This document shows, piece after piece, positions 8,072 to 14,338 of a stretch of DNA of 17,106 nucleotides. This DNA is from a virus (lineage: Duplodnaviria; Heunggongvirae; Uroviricota; Caudoviricetes). Each line of letters starts with the position of its first letter. Positions within the stretch are counted from its first letter, which is position 1. Both the position numbers and the translations under genes were made by a program. The notes under the pieces are model-generated. The model was given only the letters and a program-made list of their open reading frames with translations. It was not told where the DNA came from and ran no database searches. Location: IMG/VR virus record IMGVR_UViG_3300042922_001018, one strand, 5' to 3'.

Positions 8072-8587
8072 TCAGAAGCCCTTGACGCGGGCCATCGCTG
8101 ATGTCACCCAGCTACCAGTGATTCCGGTTCCGGCGAGAACCACACCCTCCGGTACGACTGAACGGTCCGTCGTACCGATGATTTGGGAGGATGCCGACGT
8201 ACGAATGAACATCTCACCTGTCGGCGAGAGGGTCACAGCCGCCCACCCCGTCGCTGTCGCATTGACGATGATGGGATTGTCGGCGGTTGGGGTGAAACTG
8301 ATGGACGAGTTCTGAAGGTCGGTCTCGACGGTTCCTGGGTTCGCGATGTTCAGCCTCAGGCTAGCGTATCGGTCCTTCTCCGCGTAGAACGCGGCCTGTG
8401 CAGTCGCGATGCGGTCGAGGTCGCCCTTCGCGTTCAGGTTGTTCGCGTTTCCGATGAAACCGGAGATGGCGAAGGAGCCACCCACGAGCAGGATGAGCGT
8501 GATTGCGATACCCGCAATGATGAGGATAGGGTCGGTGGCACCGCGCTCTTTTTGGGCACGGCGCAGAAGAGTAAGCAGCCGGGTCAT
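8072..8587 (-). CDS. Short type IV pilin-like protein (right triplet, middle gene; 171 aa)
   Basis: KERG|ATDPILIIAGIAITLILLVGGSF...AKGDLDRIATAQAAFY; no insert. Confidence 0.8.
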   Translation of the reverse strand: MTRLLTLLRRAQKERGATDPILIIAGIAITLILLVGGSFAISGFIGNANNLNAKGDLDRIATAQAAFYAEKDRYASLRLNIANPGTVETDLQNSSISFTPTADNPIIVNATATGWAAVTLSPTGEMFIRTSASSQIIGTTDRSVVPEGVVLAGTGITGSWVTSAMARVKGF

Positions 8588-8635
8588 GTATTCAACTGTA
8601 TCGGCTTGTCCTCCGAATAGTGGACACGCCGATAC
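8588..8635 (-). promoter_or_regulatory. -10 element of the short pilin overlapped by an imperfect hairpin
   Basis: CGA-TACAGT-TGAATAC-ATG. Inverted repeat GTATCGGCTTGTCC (8598-8611) / GGACACGCCGATAC (8622-8635), 13 of 14 pairs, 10-nt loop. Confidence 0.65.
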
Positions 8636-8657
8636 TCACAGCTTCCCGCGTCAGCGG

Positions 8658-9830
8658 TTACTGCTTCACCTCAGCGATGTCTGTCATCACGTCGCTCCAC
8701 ACGATGCCGTCCGGCAGGACGAAACCGGTAGGCGCCGAAGAGACCGCCTGGAGCGTGCTCTTGATAGACGCTGAAGCGTTCGGAGTACCCGCCCAGGAAT
8801 AGGAGTCATCGCCCGCTGCGGCAGTCGCACCGTTGAACCATGTCCGGGATGCGTCATAATCGCCCCTGTAGATGTCGATGGCACTCAGCTCGATGTTCTG
8901 AGCCGCTGTGGACGAAGCTGTGAGCGTCAAGCTGAAACGTGAGGTTGGGCCTACACTAGCGGCGTCCAGGGTAAACGTGGCGTAGACCGTCTTCGTCGTG
9001 TTAGCGGAGGAGGTGCCGTCGCCGCCTTTCGTAACAGTCACGGTTCCTCCTGCGGCGTCGAAAACGTTGATAGCGGACGAGAGACCGGCAGCGTTGGTTC
9101 GAAGCTGCATCGCGACAGTAACGCGTTGTCCTTCAAGCGGTGTTCCCGCAGCCGCAGCAGCCTGATACGTCGGCTGAAGATTGAATGCGAAGTTCGACAA
9201 AGCGGGCACACCGCCGTTCCGTGGACCCAATGCCATCCGGTATGCAGAACCAGACGGCGACCAAGCCGCGGCTACATTTGAAACGGCGAATGGCCGCTTG
9301 TTAGGTGCCGTTCCTAGCGTGTCGAAAGAGAAGTCTGAAGTAGAAGTGGCGCCCGAGTTCAGGGAGAAGTTACGAGCAGATTCGACAGGGACTCTGGTAC
9401 CGGACCCAGCCGCATCGTGCTTGTGAATCGTGGAAGACTCTGAGGTGCGCAGGAACACATCGCCTGTCGATGAGCCAGCTACAGCCGCCCAACCTGCGTC
9501 CGACGTGCGGACCTTCACGTTTGTATCGGCGCTCGGCGTAAAGCCGATGCTGCCGTTCGACAGCTCAGTGTTCTGCGTCGTGATGTCCGGACCGACGGCG
9601 AGAGCGCCATACCGGTCGTTCTCGCTCATGAACGCACCCTCCGCAGTAGCCACGCGGTCAAGGTCACCCTGCGCGTTGAGGTTCTTGGCGTTCCCGATGA
9701 AGCCGGACACGGCGAAGGAGCCGCCCACGATGAGGATGAGGGTGATGGCGATACCCGCGATGATGAGGATAGGGTCAGTAGCACCCCGCTCCTTTTCGGC
9801 GCGGCGGAAAGCGGTCGAGAGAGTGGTCAT
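8658..9830 (-). CDS. Long type IV pilin-like protein with variable C-terminal insert (right triplet, first gene; 390 aa)
   Basis: KERG|ATDPILIIAGIAITLILIVGGSF...AQGDLDRVATAE. Insert bracketed by RNFSLNSG and WFNG...WAGTPNASASIK. Ends LPDGIVWSDV...EVKQ. Confidence 0.78.
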   Translation of the reverse strand: MTTLSTAFRRAEKERGATDPILIIAGIAITLILIVGGSFAVSGFIGNAKNLNAQGDLDRVATAEGAFMSENDRYGALAVGPDITTQNTELSNGSIGFTPSADTNVKVRTSDAGWAAVAGSSTGDVFLRTSESSTIHKHDAAGSGTRVPVESARNFSLNSGATSTSDFSFDTLGTAPNKRPFAVSNVAAAWSPSGSAYRMALGPRNGGVPALSNFAFNLQPTYQAAAAAGTPLEGQRVTVAMQLRTNAAGLSSAINVFDAAGGTVTVTKGGDGTSSANTTKTVYATFTLDAASVGPTSRFSLTLTASSTAAQNIELSAIDIYRGDYDASRTWFNGATAAAGDDSYSWAGTPNASASIKSTLQAVSSAPTGFVLPDGIVWSDVMTDIAEVKQ

Positions 9831-9866
9831 ACCACTAACTGTATCCGGTTAGTGCTCACTAACCGG
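9831..9866 (-). promoter_or_regulatory. -10 element with adjacent operator-like inverted repeat
   Basis: TACAGT (9843-9838), 7 nt, ATG 9830. CCGGTTAGTG-CT-CACTAACCGG at 9845-9866 has perfect 10-bp arms. Confidence 0.7.
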
Positions 9867-9913
9867 GCGAGGACCGCGACATCCCATACCGGAGTAAGGA
9901 GGGCGCGAACGCG

Positions 9914-10768
9914 TCAGTGCTTTTCGAGCTGGTTCTGCATCTGAGCGAACCAGGAATGCATCGCCTCTTCGGATGCTTCCCCAACACCCCAGAACGCTTC
10001 CGTATCGAAGGTACGACGGCCGCAACGGATACGAACATCCGGAGCTGAAGGATTGAAGCTATCACGGAGCACCCGGTATGATGCGCGGAGCGCTTCCTGG
10101 AGAGACTCGAAGTAGGCCAGCTTCGTCTGCGGGTACTCTCCACGAAGGTCTTCGACGGTTACCCACTTGCCGTGACGGAACACGCTCACGTTCGCGACGG
10201 TGTCCGATGCATAGATGAGCGCCTGCTCCACATCGTTCACGTAGAAACGGGCTGCCTTGCTCATCTTGGTCAGAAGCAGCTCATGGTAGTTCATCTCGAC
10301 CGCGAGCTTGGCGCCCTTCTTCACGGCGAGCATCAGACCCTCTTTGTACTCGTTCGCGAACCAGAGGTCTGTGAACCCGTAACCGAGCATGTCGGTCTCG
10401 TCAGGCATCACGCTCTCCTGAACGATTTCCGCCTTCGAGTCACCCGTATCCTCATCGAAGATGAAGCGGATAGCCGCAGGCACCGGCTGGTCATGGGCCT
10501 CATACACGTCGAGGAGCTGAAGTGCGAGGTAGTCGAACTTCGTGAGGAACTCTCGCGTGTCCTCGTCCGGGATGTATGCGTTCGCGGCCTTGCCCAGCGT
10601 GAACGGGTCCACGATGATTTCTTCCACCCTGAACGCAACACTCGCGCCGCGCCAGTTCGTCTCGTTCATCACGTAGACGTACGTCTTGTCAGCGGCTCCC
10701 AGCGTGTGCAGATGGATGACCTCAGAGAGGCTCTCCAATGTCGCGTAGAAGTCCCGCTGGAAGGTCAC
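9914..10768 (-). CDS. Hypothetical protein (284 aa); N-half resembles YezG/DUF600-like immunity proteins
   Basis: GTG start overlaps the dsbA stop (GTGA). ORF is solid. Family guess rests on recalled patterns: ADKTYVYV, HDQPVPAAIRFIFDEDTG, C-terminal DLWF. Confidence 0.45.
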   Translation of the reverse strand: MTFQRDFYATLESLSEVIHLHTLGAADKTYVYVMNETNWRGASVAFRVEEIIVDPFTLGKAANAYIPDEDTREFLTKFDYLALQLLDVYEAHDQPVPAAIRFIFDEDTGDSKAEIVQESVMPDETDMLGYGFTDLWFANEYKEGLMLAVKKGAKLAVEMNYHELLLTKMSKAARFYVNDVEQALIYASDTVANVSVFRHGKWVTVEDLRGEYPQTKLAYFESLQEALRASYRVLRDSFNPSAPDVRIRCGRRTFDTEAFWGVGEASEEAMHSWFAQMQNQLEKH

Positions 10769-11469
10769 TGTCCCAGCCAGCCCTGGATGTCAGTCTCCGG
10801 GTTGCCCGAACGGTTCACGGCTTCGCCGTTGATGGTGACCGTCGGCGTAGACACCCCGGTAGCACCCTCAGGAATGGGCGTCGTGCGGACCGCGTTACGA
10901 ACATACTTCGTCCACGCGTCGATGTCATCTTCGGAGATAGTCGCGCCGAGGTCGGCAGCGAGCGCTACCAGCTCTTCGTTCGAGAAACCAGGGCTTCCTT
11001 CGCTCGGCTGGTTCGCGTAGAGGTTCTCGACGTAGTCAGCGGTAGCGTCCGGGGAGGCAACCGCAACCGCGTAGATGCTGGCCGAGGAACGAGTGCTGTA
11101 CTCGGTCCCCTGTGACATGCGGTCCAGGATGCTGATGGGGTGGAACTTCAGGCCGAACTCGTCATTCTCCATGATGAGCGGGGTGTAGTTCTCCTCGAAG
11201 TCGCGGCACGCCGGGCACATCGGGTCGATGTAGACACCAACCTCCGTGGGTCCGTCCTTGACGACGATGCCACCGTCTTCCTGGATGACACTTGAACCGG
11301 CAGCAGCGTCAGGAAGCCGGGCAGGACCACCGGCCTGGCCGTTCACCCACACGACCAGTGCGACGAGCGCGAGAATGACAACGACGGCTGCGGTGGTTAC
11401 CCACACTGCAAACGACGGCCCCTTCTTCTGGGGGATGACGACCGGGGGTTTCTTGTTCTTCTTAGCCAT
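10765..11469 (-). CDS. dsbA: Membrane-anchored DsbA-family thiol-disulfide oxidoreductase (234 aa)
   Basis: Basic N-terminus plus one TM helix, YIDPMCPAC active site, FHPISILDR...YSTR motif typical of actinobacterial DsbA, cis-Pro loop STPT. Confidence 0.88.
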   Translation of the reverse strand: MAKKNKKPPVVIPQKKGPSFAVWVTTAAVVVILALVALVVWVNGQAGGPARLPDAAAGSSVIQEDGGIVVKDGPTEVGVYIDPMCPACRDFEENYTPLIMENDEFGLKFHPISILDRMSQGTEYSTRSSASIYAVAVASPDATADYVENLYANQPSEGSPGFSNEELVALAADLGATISEDDIDAWTKYVRNAVRTTPIPEGATGVSTPTVTINGEAVNRSGNPETDIQGWLGQ

Positions 11470-11476
11470 TGAGATT

Positions 11477-11496
11477 CTCCTGCGTCCAGTGTACCA
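11477..11496 (-). promoter_or_regulatory. Extended -10 promoter and RBS of dsbA
   Basis: TGG-TACACT (11496-11488); AGGAG (11481-11477) 7 nt before ATG. Confidence 0.6.
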
Positions 11497-11521
11497 TGCG
11501 GCCTCAGGACTCAGCCCACGC

Positions 11522-12085
11522 TCAATACCCGCCGACGGTTCCGAAGCGGTTCAACGGCCAGTAGCGGAAGTAGGCTACGCCCTTGATGTCTTCAGCGGAT
11601 ACGAACCCGTGCTCACGGCTGTCCGAAGACTCCGGACGGTTGTCGCCGAGTACCCAGTACATGCCTTCCGGAACCACCACAGAATAATCGTCGTTCTCGT
11701 TGATGGCGTATGGCTCCTCGGTGAAGATGCCGTTGAGTACCAGCTCGCCGTTGACGTAATCGACTTGGTCGCCGGGGATGCCGATGACTCGCTTGACGTA
11801 GTTGTTGCCGCTGCCCCACCCGTCCGTGACCACGATGTCGCCTCGTTTCGGGTCAGCGAGGCTGTTCGTCAGGAGGGCATCGCCTTCGATGAGCGTCTGC
11901 TCCATCGAGTGTTGCTCGACGATGTAGCCGGAGGCTGTCGTCTCACGCAGCATGAAGCCCGTGAGGACCATCGTCACGAGAAGAGCAGGAACGACCCACA
12001 GAAGCCGTCGGTAGCGTTTCCGCGCACGACGATAGTCAGAGAGGCCACGCCTAGTTGACGTAACCGAGAGGGTGCCAACGGACAT
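11522..12085 (-). CDS. lepB: Signal peptidase I (S26; 187 aa)
   Basis: One TM helix, catalytic Ser in HSMEQTL, catalytic Lys in YVKRVIGIPGD, GDNRPESSDSR box. AGGAGG upstream. Confidence 0.92.
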   Translation of the reverse strand: MSVGTLSVTSTRRGLSDYRRARKRYRRLLWVVPALLVTMVLTGFMLRETTASGYIVEQHSMEQTLIEGDALLTNSLADPKRGDIVVTDGWGSGNNYVKRVIGIPGDQVDYVNGELVLNGIFTEEPYAINENDDYSVVVPEGMYWVLGDNRPESSDSREHGFVSAEDIKGVAYFRYWPLNRFGTVGGY

Positions 12086-12086
12086 T

Positions 12087-12272
12087 TCAGTCGAGCGCCT
12101 CCTGGAGACGGCGCCGGTCCTCCGGGTTCACGAAGACCCCGTCGCGGTCCAGCTCGCGCAGTTCGGCATCCCGTTCATCGCGAAGCTTTCGTTCCGCGGC
12201 AACCCCGACCATCGCTTCACCGATACGGTCAAGCGATTCGCTGATACGCGATGAGGCCGGGTGCTGAGTCAC
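12087..12272 (-). CDS. Hypothetical protein (61 aa)
   Basis: Fills the gap between dut and lepB with 2-nt and 1-nt spacers; charged and helical. Confidence 0.6.
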   Translation of the reverse strand: MTQHPASSRISESLDRIGEAMVGVAAERKLRDERDAELRELDRDGVFVNPEDRRRLQEALD

Positions 12273-12274
12273 GG

Positions 12275-12736
12275 TCAGGCTGAGTAGCCAGTCGAGCCGT
12301 AGCCACGGTCGCCGCGCTCGGTCTCGCCGAGGTCAGCGAACTCCTCTGCGGTCATGAAAACCAGCTCCGGCGTCTCGAACTTCTGGATGACGAGCTGTGC
12401 GATGCGGTCACCGACGTTCACGAGGTAAGGGACATCGGAGAAGTTCGCGAGGTTCACCTTCAGCTCGCCGCGGTAGCCGGAATCCACAAGGCCCGGCGCG
12501 TTCAGCACGAAGATGCCGTGCTTCGCAGCCAGCCCCGAACGGGACATCACGAGACCCGCGTGACGGTCAGGAAGCGCGATGCGCACGCCCGTCCCGACGA
12601 GGCGGTGCTCGCCCTGAGGGATGTAGACCTCCTCTGTGCTGGAGAGGTCAAGACCCGCATCGCCCTGGCGGGCAAAAGCGGGCGCGATGGCCGAAAGCGT
12701 CGAGTCGAGAGTGATGGGGAGGATGTTGTCGGTCAT
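12275..12736 (-). CDS. dut: Trimeric dUTPase (153 aa)
   Basis: Five motifs: AGLDL, SRSGLA, GLVDSGYRGEL, GDRIAQLV, RGDRGYGSTG. Start moved from 13000 to ATG 12736 (AAAGGA RBS; TAGACT -10 at 12764-12759). Confidence 0.95.
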   Translation of the reverse strand: MTDNILPITLDSTLSAIAPAFARQGDAGLDLSSTEEVYIPQGEHRLVGTGVRIALPDRHAGLVMSRSGLAAKHGIFVLNAPGLVDSGYRGELKVNLANFSDVPYLVNVGDRIAQLVIQKFETPELVFMTAEEFADLGETERGDRGYGSTGYSA

Positions 12737-12794
12737 GAGAGTCCTTTCGTCTGCGAACAGTCTAGTCGGTCGCAGAGCGTTCAGCGGATGAGGG

Positions 12795-13745
12795 TCAGAG
12801 AGCGGACGACGCCTTGGAGAGGATGCCCTGCATCCTGGTGTACGCGATGTCGGCCATGTCGCTGTCCGTTCGCACCCGGATACCCTGGGCCGACAGCCCG
12901 ACGATGTCGGCCTCATACCCGTCTTCGGTGTACAGAACGCCGTTACGGAGGACGTACTCATCCACAGTACCCGGAATGAAGAACACGGTGCCGTCAGCAT
13001 GCTCGCCGAGGAGACGCGCCGTCAGTTCATCGCTCTTCGGCAGCTCGATGGTACGCCCGAACATCTCATCCCGAGTCTTGCCGAGGAACAGCTCGACGAC
13101 GTGGTGAGTGCTGAGAAGCGAGTGGCTGTTCGAAGCCGCGACGAACAGGTCAGCGGCACGCTCCTCATTGCCGTCGGTGTCGAGGACGGCGACGATGAGG
13201 CGTTCGGGCGAGCGGGTCTTGCTCCCGAAGGAACCGAAGTCAGTGCCTCGTCCGCGCGTGTCATCGGTGACGATGGCGAACAGCGGCTTGGTGTAGTTGC
13301 TCTCCCCACCGATGAGGAAGCCCTTGCGTTCCAGAAGCTCAGTGCGACGTGCCTGTGCGCGCTCGACCAGCGGGTTACGCCCTGCCGTCTTCGCAAGACG
13401 CCCGTACTCGGCCCATTCGTTCTTCGTCAGATTGGGAACGTCCGCGAGGCGCATGTATGCCGGACCGACATAACCATCCTGATGGACGCGTCCGAAAAGC
13501 ACCGGGGAGACGTTGTTCCAACCCCAGATAGCCTGGCCGGGGCACCCGACTCCGAATGGAACGGAGCGAACGGTCCCTTCGGTTCCCATGACATCGGCGC
13601 CGTAGGCAGCAGCCTCGGCCGCATTCAGTGAACTGTGGACGCTGTGAACAACGGTGAAGCCGCGACCTTCGTTCAGGTCAGAGTTGACGAGGGTGACGTA
13701 CAGCTTCTCGCCGTACTCGCTACGGTCGAACTCGACGTAATTCAT
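12795..13745 (-). CDS. Hypothetical protein (316 aa), phage-like
   Basis: Long ORF with its own promoter. NSDLNEGRG...GADVMG resembles a motif I recall from phage hypothetical proteins; not verified. Confidence 0.75.
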   Translation of the reverse strand: MNYVEFDRSEYGEKLYVTLVNSDLNEGRGFTVVHSVHSSLNAAEAAAYGADVMGTEGTVRSVPFGVGCPGQAIWGWNNVSPVLFGRVHQDGYVGPAYMRLADVPNLTKNEWAEYGRLAKTAGRNPLVERAQARRTELLERKGFLIGGESNYTKPLFAIVTDDTRGRGTDFGSFGSKTRSPERLIVAVLDTDGNEERAADLFVAASNSHSLLSTHHVVELFLGKTRDEMFGRTIELPKSDELTARLLGEHADGTVFFIPGTVDEYVLRNGVLYTEDGYEADIVGLSAQGIRVRTDSDMADIAYTRMQGILSKASSAL

Positions 13746-13780
13746 CTCTCCACCCTATCAGCTAGGGCGGTGTGCGTCAA
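13746..13780 (-). promoter_or_regulatory. Sigma70-type promoter, probably leaderless
   Basis: TTGACG (13780-13775), 17 nt, TGA-TAGGGT (-10 at 13757-13752), 6 nt, ATG 13745. Confidence 0.72.
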
Positions 13781-13785
13781 GCCAG

Positions 13786-13860
13786 TCACTCACGGTTCTC
13801 GTCGAGCATGTTCCGGACTTGCACCCAGGCTTCTTCAGCCGCAGCGTCCTGCGACGACAT
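13786..13860 (-). CDS. Candidate 24-aa peptide MSSQDAAAEEAWVQVRNMLDENRE
   Basis: ATG overlaps the upstream stop (TGATG), as at other junctions in this operon. Ends 5 nt before the next -35. Confidence 0.5.
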   Translation of the reverse strand: MSSQDAAAEEAWVQVRNMLDENRE

Positions 13861-14165
13861 CAGAACGCCGCCTTCGGGGTGAGGAAAAGACGCGCCAGGA
13901 TGCCACCGATGACACCGGCAATGACCGGGCCGAGAGGGATGATGTCGTAGCTGTGCTCGCTGAACGCCAGAGTGATGTAGAGCACCATGCCGAAGACCAT
14001 CCCGAACGCGATGTCGGGGTGGTCTTTCTTCGGCCGGGTCGCGACGAGAAGGATGCCGGTCGCCTGGGCGAACAGAGCGCATGCCACGAGGACCGCTTGG
14101 AAGTCCGCGTAGAAGAGGGCGTAACCAGCAAGCACCATGCCGATGTAGAAGATGATGAGTCTCAT
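13860..14165 (-). CDS. Small integral membrane protein (101 aa, about 4 hydrophobic segments)
   Basis: MRLIIFYIGMVLAGYALF...; start moved from 14270 to 14165 (ATGA overlap with upstream stop). Confidence 0.75.
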   Translation of the reverse strand: MRLIIFYIGMVLAGYALFYADFQAVLVACALFAQATGILLVATRPKKDHPDIAFGMVFGMVLYITLAFSEHSYDIIPLGPVIAGVIGGILARLFLTPKAAF

Positions 14166-14338
14166 GATTTCGCTTCCGTGTTTCGTCGTTGAGCGGCTTC
14201 TCGGATGTCCAGGTTCCGACGGCGGTAGTCCAGATACAGCACGGTCCGTTCGTGGTCCTCGTTCTGCCACTGCCCGTGACGGACAAGCAGGAGAACGCCC
14301 AGGGCCATGAGGACTAGCATCACAGCAAGAACTTCCAT
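14162..14338 (-). CDS. Small single-TM protein (58 aa)
   Basis: MEVLAVMLVLMALGVLLLVRH then charged tail; start moved from 14410 to 14338 (TGATG overlap). Confidence 0.68.
   Translation of the reverse strand: MEVLAVMLVLMALGVLLLVRHGQWQNEDHERTVLYLDYRRRNLDIREAAQRRNTEAKS

Noticed and set aside
1198-9830. Shufflon or invertible pilin tip system
   Set aside because: All copies are complete genes on one strand; no recombinase and no repeated inverted crossover sites seen.
1198-9830. Diversity-generating retroelement acting on pilin C-termini
   Set aside because: No reverse transcriptase, no near-identical template/variable repeat pair, and differences are not limited to adenines.
1198-9830. pilE/pilS-style silent cassettes, or a Flp/Tad pilin call
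   Set aside because: Every copy has a leader and start, and four have promoters. Flp needs E5/Y6 and is much shorter. No gene symbol assigned.
10765-11469. DsbA as the pilin disulfide catalyst
   Set aside because: The six pilins as called contain no cysteine.
12737-13000. N-terminal extensions in the ORF track (dut from 13000; also 4259, 4202, 6853, 14270, 14410, 15550, 15607)
   Set aside because: They overlap neighbouring genes or promoters; downstream starts have an RBS, a -10 or stop-start coupling.
10172-13631. Long plus-strand ORFs 10172-11020, 11246-12058 and 12999-13631
   Set aside because: Antisense to dsbA, lepB and well-supported hypothetical genes.
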